A stretch of 20,000 bases of DNA from an uncultured virus (IMG/VR IMGVR_UViG_3300035698_026597). Taxonomy: Duplodnaviria > Heunggongvirae > Uroviricota > Caudoviricetes. How positions within the stretch are numbered: the first letter of the stretch is position 1; each line of letters opens with the position of its first letter. Positions 1-8,493 of this stretch are shown one piece after another. The notes under the pieces were generated by a model that made no database searches, was not told where the DNA came from, and saw nothing but the letters and a program-made list of their open reading frames with translations. The stretch is taken from the IMG/VR virus record IMGVR_UViG_3300035698_026597, one strand, 5' to 3'. A program made the position numbers and the translations under genes.

Positions 1-1670
1 GTATCGTATATAACGAAGTGACAAAGAAGGCGATACTGAAAGCGATTGAGAATGCTGGTGACATAGATCTTGATATGGTTGCTGCCTATGAGACCAGGAG
101 AATTTTAGATAGGTTGGTTGGGTTTAAATGTTCTTATCCTGTTAGGCAAGCTACAGGTGGGCCTAGCGCAGGCAGAGTACAAAGCGCTACTCTTCGATTT
201 ATCGCGGATAGAGAAAAAGAGATTCAAGACTTTGTGCCAGTTATATATTGGGACATAACTGCTGAGCTAATCACAGAGAAGTATGAGAAGATCATAGCCA
301 AGCTGACAAAACCTGATAAGCTTAAGGTGAATTCTGCGGAGATGGCGAAAGAGATTTGCGATACTCTTCGCAAAGGCCCTATTGCTGTCTCGAAGTACGA
401 AAAGACAGAATCCAGGGTAAAACCATATGCTCCGTTCGTTACAAGCACTTTGCAGCAAGCCGCATCAACGTTCCTTGGATGGAATCCTAAAAAGGCTATG
501 CAAGTAGCACAGCAGCTTTTCGAAGGAACCTTCATAACCTATCATCGTACCGATAGCACTCATCTGTCATCAGATTTTGTCTCCGCCATGCGCTCGGAGA
601 TATCTTCTGAGTACGGTGATAAGTATCTGCCCACATCCATATGGAGCTATGGCAAGAAGAAGAATGCCCAAGAGGCACATGAGGCTATCAGGCCAACAGA
701 CATCACTAAGACATGTGCCCCGGTTGGTGACCAGAATAAACTCTACAAGATGATACGTAAGAGGACTATGGCAAGCCAAATGAGCCAAGCAGTTTTCTTA
801 AGGTCCAAAGCAGAGTTTACATGCAAGAAGTACGCATTGTCAGTAAATGGATCGACATGCAAGTTTGATGGATGGAGGAAGTGCTGGGATTATGGCTCTC
901 TGGATGATTACGAGGTCCCAGAGCTTAAGGTGGGTCAGAAGGTTAACCTTATAGACGTTACCATGAAGAAAGAGCAGACGAAGCCTCCATCTAGGTTCAC
1001 AGAAGCTTCTACTATCAAGCAGATGGAGAAGCTGGGCATAGGAAGGCCAGCGACGTATGCTGCCACGTTGGATACGCTAAAGAATAGACAGTACATTGAT
1101 GCCAAGAAGAAGGCTATTAATGCCACAGAGCTTGGTATGAGAGTTACCAAGTTCCTGGTGGGCGCAGGTTTCTGTTTCGTTGATCTTTGCTTTACGGCTC
1201 ATATGGAAGAGGATTTGGACAGGGTTGCTGCGGCCGAGACTGGGAAGCTATGCGTTCTTACGGAGTTCTATGATAGGCTGAAAGAGGATCTAAAGAGATC
1301 AAAATCCGTGAAGGAGGTTCAGAACAAAACTGACTATCCCTGCCCTGACTGCAAGAAGGGTGGTAAAGATGCTCATCTTGTGAAGAGGTTTAGCAAGTTC
1401 GGTCCTTTCTATTCGTGTAGCAATTACCCGGACTGCAAATTCTCAGCCAAGATAGGTGAGGGTGGGAAGCCAGAAGTTAAGGTAAAGAAAAAGATTGTGT
1501 ACTCGGATAAAAAGTGTCCCAAGTGTAAGGGAAAGATGGTATTAAGAGAGAGCAAGTTTGGTAAGTTCTCTGGCTGCGCAGCTTTTCCTAAATGCGACGG
1601 AATGAGAGATGAGGCTGGCGAAGAGATCAAGAAGAAGAAAAAGACATTCAAGAAGTACAAGAAAAAATGA
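1..1670 (+). CDS. topA: DNA topoisomerase I (type IA), 5'-partial, with two C-terminal C4 zinc ribbons and a lysine-rich tail
   Basis: The frame is open from the window edge (IVYNEVTKKAI matches the TopA RIxFNEITKxAI motif), so GTG at 18 is not the true start. Motifs: LDRLVG, SAGRVQS, catalytic ITYHRTDS (Tyr codon 540-542), AQEAHEAIRPT, GIGRPATYA, FTAHMEEDLD, and zinc ribbons CPDC..CSNYPDC and CPKC..CAAFPKC. Confidence 0.96.
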   Translation, partial: IVYNEVTKKAILKAIENAGDIDLDMVAAYETRRILDRLVGFKCSYPVRQATGGPSAGRVQSATLRFIADREKEIQDFVPVIYWDITAELITEKYEKIIAKLTKPDKLKVNSAEMAKEICDTLRKGPIAVSKYEKTESRVKPYAPFVTSTLQQAASTFLGWNPKKAMQVAQQLFEGTFITYHRTDSTHLSSDFVSAMRSEISSEYGDKYLPTSIWSYGKKKNAQEAHEAIRPTDITKTCAPVGDQNKLYKMIRKRTMASQMSQAVFLRSKAEFTCKKYALSVNGSTCKFDGWRKCWDYGSLDDYEVPELKVGQKVNLIDVTMKKEQTKPPSRFTEASTIKQMEKLGIGRPATYAATLDTLKNRQYIDAKKKAINATELGMRVTKFLVGAGFCFVDLCFTAHMEEDLDRVAAAETGKLCVLTEFYDRLKEDLKRSKSVKEVQNKTDYPCPDCKKGGKDAHLVKRFSKFGPFYSCSNYPDCKFSAKIGEGGKPEVKVKKKIVYSDKKCPKCKGKMVLRESKFGKFSGCAAFPKCDGMRDEAGEEIKKKKKTFKKYKKK

Positions 1671-2470
1671 CTGAAGAGCTTATTGACTGGATAGATGATA
1701 ATGATATGGATGACCTTTTGTCTAAGGGTCATGCAGATTCATTTGTGCCTGATTTGATAGGGCATGATGCTTCTTTCGATACTCCCCAACAAGCCGTAAG
1801 GGCTATAGGTGGTATTGATTGGGGTCATTGGAGATTTAAGAGGCAGGGGGCTGATATCCTAACTTGTACTGGTAGGACAAGACCAGATGGTAGGATGGAA
1901 CGTATATGTGTTAATCACAGGATAGGGGTTCCATTCGTTAATGCTAAGATCTTTGAAGAGGATGGCTGTAACCATCTGTTCGTTAGCACTAATATCTGGT
2001 CGTCAATAAGAACAAAGATAAAAAATAGGAAGAAAAACCGTTCGAGGAAACCTACCAAAGATTACACTGAGCATATAGTGAAGTCGTTTGATAGGATCGT
2101 TGTGCCAGAAGTTTCCAAAATATCTGTGTACAAGTGGGGTTTTGAGGCTAGTGGAAACGGACCAATTTCAGTAACAGTTGTATCCAGGCGAGACCTGTAC
2201 AGCTATCTTACGCAGTCAGAAGACACAAATTCGGAAGACAGGTTGGATTCTGGAGGTGGAGATTGGGATCTTTTGGGATCGTGCTGGAATGTTAAAGCTT
2301 CGAAAAGATTGTGTATTTGGGAAGACCATGTTGGTACATGGGATCATCGCTTGGAAACATGTGGCATAAACGAAGAGGATATGGATGCTGTTTTAGATGA
2401 CGAGCCCACTGAAGAAGCCAAAAAGATCATGAAGCAATTCGGGCAAAGGATTAAGAAGATCGATATTTAG
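1667..2470 (+). CDS. hypothetical protein (267 aa)
   Basis: Long ORF with an ATGA overlap on the topA stop; no family recognised. Confidence 0.75.
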   Translation: MTEELIDWIDDNDMDDLLSKGHADSFVPDLIGHDASFDTPQQAVRAIGGIDWGHWRFKRQGADILTCTGRTRPDGRMERICVNHRIGVPFVNAKIFEEDGCNHLFVSTNIWSSIRTKIKNRKKNRSRKPTKDYTEHIVKSFDRIVVPEVSKISVYKWGFEASGNGPISVTVVSRRDLYSYLTQSEDTNSEDRLDSGGGDWDLLGSCWNVKASKRLCIWEDHVGTWDHRLETCGINEEDMDAVLDDEPTEEAKKIMKQFGQRIKKIDI

Positions 2471-2475
2471 GAGTT

Positions 2476-3090
2476 ATGATGGCGAAAGGATTACTTGAAG
2501 GATATATATGTTATTTGGCTGGACCAATTGATGAAGCGAAGGATGATGGAGTTGGTTGGAGGAAAGACTTCAAAGAGCTGGTGCATAAGAAGAAAGCATC
2601 TCTTTTATTTCTAGATCCTACGGTTAAGTTCAAGGGGTTAACTTCTGAGGTAGGTAAAGAGAAAGAGAATCAACAGCTTTTGAGGGAGCAAGGAGATTGG
2701 AAGGGACTCCGTAAGATGTTCCGCAAGATCGTAAGGGCGGATCTTCGAATGGTAGACATAGCAGATATTCTAATCGCGAAAGTCGATAAAAACATTCATA
2801 TGTGTGGTACGTATAATGAAATTGTGATTGCGGATATCGAGAAGAAACCTATCCTACTCATTATCGAGGGAGGGAAGAAGCATTGCCCATCTTGGTTATT
2901 TGGCATAGTACACCATAAGTTTATGTTTGACTCTTTGGAAGAATGTGCCGATTATATAAGAAAGGTGAATGAGAAAAAGGTTAAGATAGATGACAAATGG
3001 GTTTTCTTACGTAAGGGAATCAAACAGTTAGAAGCTGCTAATGACGCAATCTTTAGGAGACGCAAAAATGCAGGTAAAGCCGGAATATGA
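2476..3090 (+). CDS. nucleoside 2-deoxyribosyltransferase / nucleotide N-hydrolase superfamily protein
   Basis: YLAGPI at the N-terminus, DLRMVDIADILIA and GTYNE (candidate catalytic Glu) follow the NDT/Rcl pattern; AGGAG RBS upstream. Confidence 0.75.
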   Translation: MMAKGLLEGYICYLAGPIDEAKDDGVGWRKDFKELVHKKKASLLFLDPTVKFKGLTSEVGKEKENQQLLREQGDWKGLRKMFRKIVRADLRMVDIADILIAKVDKNIHMCGTYNEIVIADIEKKPILLIIEGGKKHCPSWLFGIVHHKFMFDSLEECADYIRKVNEKKVKIDDKWVFLRKGIKQLEAANDAIFRRRKNAGKAGI

Positions 3091-3502
3091 ATCTGTAGAA
3101 GAATTCACCAACATCGCATCAGCCCTCGTATCTCGTTTTCCGGAGATCTATTCCGGGGTAGACGTAGATAAGATCCGATGCGTAGCAATAACTAACAAAT
3201 CTCGCGGGAAGAAGAAAAAGCTTTGGGAAGTCAAAGCTGTAGATATGCCAGTACGTATGGATTGTCCATACGCCTGGTATGTCACTGTCTACATGGAAGA
3301 TTGGGCAGAAATGGACGTTGTTCATAGGCAGCATATCGTTGCCGAATCACTTTGCGCGATCCCTGAAGATGGAGAAGAAGGTAAGGTTGTACAACAGGAT
3401 ATGAAAGGATATTCTGTTATAATGCGAACCTTTGGGATCGAGCATCACCAACATGAAGTGCTTCCTGATTTGCTGCAAGACGACATCAACTGGAAGCCGT
3501 AA
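3068..3502 (+). CDS. phage putative-metallopeptidase family homolog with apparently degenerate metal site
   Basis: Start moved to ATG 3068 (AGGAGA at 3055-3060). DWAEMDVVHRQHIVAESLCAI...QQDMKGYSVIMRTFG resembles the family pattern W..l...qr.al..HEL.HI...HD..eF..v..r.G but lacks the His residues. Confidence 0.55.
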   Translation: MQVKPEYESVEEFTNIASALVSRFPEIYSGVDVDKIRCVAITNKSRGKKKKLWEVKAVDMPVRMDCPYAWYVTVYMEDWAEMDVVHRQHIVAESLCAIPEDGEEGKVVQQDMKGYSVIMRTFGIEHHQHEVLPDLLQDDINWKP

Positions 3503-3515
3503 GGAGAGAAGAGCT

Positions 3516-3989
3516 ATGGCGTATCAACTTTGTGCTAGAGATGAGTATAGACATGTAAGCATTCTTGAGGTAGGGACGGAGATAGAGCCCCTTATTGAGA
3601 AGGCTAGAACACTTGTCACAAATGAGAACATGGAAAATGCTCTCACAATGACGGAGAAAGAGAAGGACTTTACTCATATCCTTCCGCAATTTCTTGACGG
3701 TGATCAGCCGACACTAGAGGCAGTTTATGCTGGTCGAGATGGTAAAGACCAGCATGTAGTGCTTCTTGTTGGAGACTCGATTGAGAATAGCGATGAGATT
3801 TCACTATCTTCACTCATGAAGCAAACGGAAGATCTTGGTTTGAGATTCTATATCGGGACGACCATCATAAACCGTAGAGAGGATATTACGAAAGAATTTT
3901 TCGCTAAGAATCTTAGGGGTGATATTATCTCTGATATGGACGACCATGCACTTGAGGGGAAAACCGTCTTCTACATTAAGAAGATATAG
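3516..3989 (+). CDS. hypothetical protein (157 aa)
   Basis: Start moved to ATG 3516 (AAGGAG at 3501-3506), which removes the overlap with the upstream gene. Confidence 0.75.
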   Translation: MAYQLCARDEYRHVSILEVGTEIEPLIEKARTLVTNENMENALTMTEKEKDFTHILPQFLDGDQPTLEAVYAGRDGKDQHVVLLVGDSIENSDEISLSSLMKQTEDLGLRFYIGTTIINRREDITKEFFAKNLRGDIISDMDDHALEGKTVFYIKKI

Positions 3990-3998
3990 GAGGCGTAA

Positions 3999-4748
3999 AT
4001 GAAGCCTATTATTCTTGGTATCTCCGGCGGGAAACAGTCGGGGAAGGATACGGTTGCGCAGTCACTGTTTGATTGGTATTACGGGAAGCCTCTGGTAACG
4101 CTTAATTCATGTTTGAAGTTTAGCTTTGCTACTCCTATCAAAGAGTTCTTGATAGGGGTGATGGGGTTGGATTACGATCAGTGTTGCGGAACGGATGAGG
4201 AGAAGAATAGCCCAACCAAGTACCTGTGGGATGACCTTCCATTTGAGATAAGAGTAAAAAACTCAATAGAAGATCATACGTTTGGCAATGGCGAGATACA
4301 GAGGTTGCCTCGTATCGGGCCCATTACAGGTAGAGAACTGATGCAGATAGTCGGCACGGATATTATGCGAAACATGTTTGACGATAAGGTATGGGTTAAT
4401 GCTTGTCTTAGTAGGATAAAGAATAAATTTGAGACAGCTCATCTTTCTCTGGCAATAATTTCAGATGTTAGGTTCGTGACTGAGGTAGATGCTATACTAT
4501 CAGAACCCAATGGGTACATGATACGTTTAACTAGAAGCCCCCACGATGATGTACATGCTAGTGAACATGACCTGGAAGGCTATAATTGGTTTTCAAGAGG
4601 CTTGCAGAAGTCGATGTTGGTTCATAATGACCTAATTGGGATCGAAAAAACCAACGATTTAGCTTTGCAGTTCATCTATCAATCATTGGCATATGAGGAA
4701 ATAAGGTATGACGCCGCTATCTCTGAAGTACCGTCCGAAAAAGCTTAG
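3999..4748 (+). CDS. deoxynucleoside monophosphate kinase (T4 gp1-like)
   Basis: P-loop GISGGKQSGKDT, SFATPIKE, RELMQIVGTDIMR, WVN, ISDVRFVTE and HASE are the typical phage dNMP kinase motifs; AGGAGG RBS. Confidence 0.88.
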   Translation: MKPIILGISGGKQSGKDTVAQSLFDWYYGKPLVTLNSCLKFSFATPIKEFLIGVMGLDYDQCCGTDEEKNSPTKYLWDDLPFEIRVKNSIEDHTFGNGEIQRLPRIGPITGRELMQIVGTDIMRNMFDDKVWVNACLSRIKNKFETAHLSLAIISDVRFVTEVDAILSEPNGYMIRLTRSPHDDVHASEHDLEGYNWFSRGLQKSMLVHNDLIGIEKTNDLALQFIYQSLAYEEIRYDAAISEVPSEKA

Positions 4749-5835
4749 TGAAGTTGTTGGGCAAGATGTCGTTGTAAGGATACTCTCTAATTCGTTTCAA
4801 AACAACAATCTTCATCACGCCTATATTATGGCTGGTAAGTTTGGTTGTGGAAAAACGACTACAGCTAGGATCTTGGCAGCAATGCTCAACTGCGATGACG
4901 GGCCCACTCTTGAGCCTTGCGGCACATGTAAAAACTGTAAAGAAATTTTTGAGGGTAAGTCTATTGATGTAAAAGAGATGGATGCGGCAAGCAATAGGGG
5001 CATAGACGAGATCAGGGAGCTTAAGAGGGATGTCCAGTATGCTCCTGTGTCTGGTGAATATAAGGTTATTGTTATTGACGAGGCACACAGTTTGACAAAG
5101 CAGGGGGCTGAAGCTCTGCTTAAGCAAATAGAAGAACCTCCTCCAAAGGTCATATTCATTCTATGCACTACAGAGCCAGAAGCGTTGAAGGATACGATTC
5201 ATAGTAGATGTATCCCGTTGACATTTCGCCCGATCCCTTGGACGAACATATACACTCATGTCATAAACGTAGCGAAAGCAGAATCTGTAGAGATAGAAGA
5301 CGCTGCTGTGAAGTTCTTGTCTAAAGCGTCGAAGGGTAGTGCAAGAAATGCTTTACAGAATTTACAGATGTCTATTGACTATTCTGGTGGGGAACCAATT
5401 ACTTTGGATCATGCACAAAAGGCAATTGGTAGCATAGATGATACGTTGTACTTTAAGCTGCTAAATGCGGTTTCTGAGGACAAGATTCCTGACGGGTGGA
5501 AAATAGTAAACGAGCTAATGCTTAGGGGGAGAAATGCCGAGAATATAGTTAAGGGTCTAGAAACCTATTTACGTAATCTTATGATTATACCACTATGTAA
5601 AGACTTGGCACCGAACATGGGATTTACGGAGAGCGAAGTAAAAATGTATTCCCACCAAGCAAAGACGATCAAACCAGTTTTGGCAAATGAAATGCTGAAG
5701 ATATTGGTGGAAGTACAGAGGGCGATAAAAGTGAACTTAGATCCTGAGAACTCTTTGCTTCGCTTTCTGATTGCTTCGATACTGATTAAGAAAAAGTTAG
5801 TGAAAAATAGCAAGAAGGTTGCCAAGAAAACATAA
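4708..5835 (+). CDS. dnaX: DNA polymerase III clamp-loader subunit gamma/tau (gamma-length, 375 aa)
   Basis: KYRP..VVGQ, HAY, Walker A GKFGCGKTT, zinc module LNC..PCGTCKNC, EMDAASNRGIDEIR, Walker B IDEAH, ALLKQIEEPP, SRC arginine finger, sensor 2 GSARNA. Confidence 0.95.
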   Translation: MTPLSLKYRPKKLSEVVGQDVVVRILSNSFQNNNLHHAYIMAGKFGCGKTTTARILAAMLNCDDGPTLEPCGTCKNCKEIFEGKSIDVKEMDAASNRGIDEIRELKRDVQYAPVSGEYKVIVIDEAHSLTKQGAEALLKQIEEPPPKVIFILCTTEPEALKDTIHSRCIPLTFRPIPWTNIYTHVINVAKAESVEIEDAAVKFLSKASKGSARNALQNLQMSIDYSGGEPITLDHAQKAIGSIDDTLYFKLLNAVSEDKIPDGWKIVNELMLRGRNAENIVKGLETYLRNLMIIPLCKDLAPNMGFTESEVKMYSHQAKTIKPVLANEMLKILVEVQRAIKVNLDPENSLLRFLIASILIKKKLVKNSKKVAKKT

Positions 5836-5847
5836 ACAGGAGAGAAA

Positions 5848-6600
5848 ATGGCCAGAGCCCGAAAGGTTCTGGTCGAGGCATCGAAAGAAGCTGTTGTAGG
5901 TTCTAAGAAGCAGCAACAAAAAGAAGAGCAAAAGAAGAGATCAATAAAGTATCTTGAGCTTGTAAACAAAGTAAGAAAGTCTAGGAGTACGGTAAGGTCG
6001 AATGATGCATTCAACGAGATCGTTAAACTTCTACGTACTAAACTTGAACAGATTTCTTACAAAGTCAAGATTCCTGGCTTTACGCACGACGACATCTATC
6101 AAGAAGCGTTATACGCTTTGCGTTATAAGGCTGTAAAGGATTATGACAAAGATAGGAGCACACAAACTGATATATCGCCGTTTGACAAGTTCGCAGTATT
6201 GTGTATAAGGAGGCATCTTTACACGAAACTTAAGTCGAGCTATCAGAACCGACAAAGAATATGGTTATGTTCCATAAGCCTCGACCAAGACAGGAATGGT
6301 TCTTCATCGGATGACGCACTGTTCCTAATAGACATTATAACAGATTCAAAATCAAGCATCTTGGATGACTTGGACAACAAGGAATACTATCGGCGTCTTT
6401 TCACGAAGTTGTTTGACAAATTGTCGGATTTTGAGAAAAGCGTGTTTTTGTTGTACTGCCAAAAATTATCCTATCAAGAGATTGTCGAGAAGATAAGACA
6501 AACTTATAGGGAAAAGACGAATGTAAAAAGCGTGGACAATGCCTTGTCTCGCATAAAACTGAAAGCTAAAGAAGTTTTCGATAAATTCGGAAATCGCTAA
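5848..6600 (+). CDS. SigH-like RNA polymerase sigma-70 family factor
   Basis: Region 2 DDIYQEA..FDKFAVLCIRR, ISLD, and region 4 LSDFEKSVFLLY..SYQEI..VKSVDNALSRIKLK closely follow Firmicute SigH (SYQEI..VKSIDNALQRVKRK); AGGAG RBS at 5838-5842. Confidence 0.85.
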   Translation: MARARKVLVEASKEAVVGSKKQQQKEEQKKRSIKYLELVNKVRKSRSTVRSNDAFNEIVKLLRTKLEQISYKVKIPGFTHDDIYQEALYALRYKAVKDYDKDRSTQTDISPFDKFAVLCIRRHLYTKLKSSYQNRQRIWLCSISLDQDRNGSSSDDALFLIDIITDSKSSILDDLDNKEYYRRLFTKLFDKLSDFEKSVFLLYCQKLSYQEIVEKIRQTYREKTNVKSVDNALSRIKLKAKEVFDKFGNR

Positions 6601-6643
6601 GATAGAAAGATGAACATTTCTTACATAAAGATATAGAAGTGAT

Positions 6644-6681
6644 TGCGCCGTACGTTATTATGATGTACGGCGTATATTTTT
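6644..6681 (+). terminator. candidate intrinsic terminator after the sigma gene
   Basis: TGCGCCGTACGTTA (6644-6657) pairs with TGATGTACGGCGTA (6661-6674): 14 bp including three G-U pairs and a 3-nt loop, followed by TATTTTT. Confidence 0.65.
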
Positions 6682-6717
6682 GAACTAACGGCAAATATAT
6701 GAAGAAGGGATTAAAAG

Positions 6718-7185
6718 ATGAAGATTCGAAAAGGTTTTGTTTCAAACAGTAGTACCTCAAGCTTTTGCATTATAGGCGTTCGGCTAGAGATGTCTAATCA
6801 AGATATGTGTAATAGGGTAAGAGTTAATCATCCAGATAAATTTATGGCTGAACGTGTTCGAACTTGTGTGCATGACACGGACACTTCTGCTACATATTGC
6901 TCGGTTTGTGGGAAAGAGATTTGGGAGAAGAGTGACTACGAGACTGAGGATTTTTCTACAGAGGAGCTTCTAGAATACCTTAGCACTGATACTATATCTG
7001 CCGCACAAGACGAAGAAGATGGTAGAGAATATGTAGGATTTGGTGCGCATGAATTTGAGGCACATCTTAAGGCGGGTAGAGACCCAATAGCAGAACTTGT
7101 CAAAGCTCTTAACGAGAGCGGTTTGGCAGGTCGCACAATAGAGGCAAAAGATATCCGAGTTGTTTCTGGAACCTATTCTTGTTAA
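6718..7185 (+). CDS. hypothetical protein of the 'MKxRxGFVSNSSxSSF' N-terminal motif family, with a possible zinc site
   Basis: N-terminus MKIRKGFVSNSSTSSF; internal CxH...CxxC (CVH..YCSVCG). Confidence 0.8.
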   Translation: MKIRKGFVSNSSTSSFCIIGVRLEMSNQDMCNRVRVNHPDKFMAERVRTCVHDTDTSATYCSVCGKEIWEKSDYETEDFSTEELLEYLSTDTISAAQDEEDGREYVGFGAHEFEAHLKAGRDPIAELVKALNESGLAGRTIEAKDIRVVSGTYSC

Positions 7186-7198
7186 CAAGGAGTATGTA

Positions 7199-8491
7199 AT
7201 GAAGTTTAAGGCTACCGCCGCAGGTTTGATGGAAGGTTTACGTCCGGCAATAGAAGTTGCAACAAGAAATGCTGTTAAAGATTTCGAGTTTGTGGACAGG
7301 GTTGGGATCTCTGTAAAAGAGGACGAGCTAAATATCTTTGCTTGGAATGGAAGGATGAGTATCAGGTCTACACTATCTGATGTAACTCTAGACAACCTGA
7401 ATATGGAAGCTATGGAAGACGGAAAGGTTGTTGTTGATGCCAAGAGTTTGTCAAAAGTGCTTGTATGTTTTAAGGAGACAGATGAACTTGTTGTTAAGCT
7501 GTCTGAGAAGAAAAAGGGTAAAGAGCTTATTTTCGAGCTTGCTTCTGATTCTAAGCAGTATGTGACGGCTAGATGTTATGATGAAGAACTGGTGTTGCCA
7601 GAACCGGCAAAGTCATATACTAAACAGTTACAGATCCGACGTAATCTATTCCTACGTGGAGTGGCTAAGGTTCGTTTTGCTATTGGTTTTGAACAACACC
7701 GGGAGATGTATCTGTATTGGGTGCTTAGGGCAGATCCAGGCAAGGCAAGGTTTATGGCTGGCACAGGACAGAGATTTGCCATTATGGATTTTGAGGGCAA
7801 AGACATTTTCAAGACTCCTCCATCTGAGGGGCTAGTACTGCGTATGCCGAGAGAGCAGACAGATGTATTTACGAAAGTTTTAGCTGGTTCTCCCGATGAT
7901 TACGTATCCATTAGAGAGTCAAGAGGTAAAGAAGGTTTCCATGCAAGAATTCAAACTGATGTCCATGACATGATACTTCTTGGTATAAACCCGGATCTAA
8001 AATATATTGATGAGGATGCTGTTCTCACCGCCAAATATGATAACCAGTTTATTGTCGAGTTGTCTGATTGGGCATATGTTGGCAAGTCTACAATAGCTAC
8101 TTATGACGAGCAGTTAAAGAAAGAGCGTAAACCCCACAGGGCAGTTGCAGAGGTAGACTTCGAGAATAAGGAGATCATCGTCCAGACGAATGAAAGAATG
8201 AGATCTTCCAGGAAGGCTCCTATAATAGACTCAAGGGGTCCTGGTGATTCAATCAGGTTTACAGCAGCAGCTTCATATATTTCGGAGATAGCTGAGAATG
8301 CCGATGAAGATGGCTATATTCAAATATCTCATATTGGCAATAAGGGAAGTAGCGGTCCCAAGTCGAAGAGACCTATATTTGTGCAGTACTATGCCGCCGA
8401 TAAGGTTAGCGACAAAAAGCTAGCAAGAATAAATGATTCGATTGGCGCTACAGAGACATACTGCATCTTCTTCGCACAGTTGCAGGGCTAG
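7199..8491 (+). CDS. dnaN: DNA polymerase III beta sliding clamp-like protein (divergent, 430 aa)
   Basis: Start moved to ATG 7199 (AAGGAG at 7187-7192). MKF start, EDGKVVVDAKSL, KVRFA, and FMAGTGQRFA (corresponding to the clamp vATDGhRLa motif); context between dnaX and a holA-like gene. Confidence 0.75.
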   Translation: MKFKATAAGLMEGLRPAIEVATRNAVKDFEFVDRVGISVKEDELNIFAWNGRMSIRSTLSDVTLDNLNMEAMEDGKVVVDAKSLSKVLVCFKETDELVVKLSEKKKGKELIFELASDSKQYVTARCYDEELVLPEPAKSYTKQLQIRRNLFLRGVAKVRFAIGFEQHREMYLYWVLRADPGKARFMAGTGQRFAIMDFEGKDIFKTPPSEGLVLRMPREQTDVFTKVLAGSPDDYVSIRESRGKEGFHARIQTDVHDMILLGINPDLKYIDEDAVLTAKYDNQFIVELSDWAYVGKSTIATYDEQLKKERKPHRAVAEVDFENKEIIVQTNERMRSSRKAPIIDSRGPGDSIRFTAAASYISEIAENADEDGYIQISHIGNKGSSGPKSKRPIFVQYYAADKVSDKKLARINDSIGATETYCIFFAQLQG

Positions 8492-8493
8492 TT

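Noticed and set aside
5780..5835. Programmed frameshift giving tau/gamma forms of DnaX
   Set aside because: The A-rich tail (AAG AAA AAG) is not the A AAA AAG slippery site, no stimulatory hairpin is evident, and the downstream gene is a sigma factor rather than tau domains.
6601..6717. tRNA or other known structured RNA in the intergenic gaps
   Set aside because: The gaps are short and show no cloverleaf or T-loop (GTTCRA) signature; only single hairpins were found.
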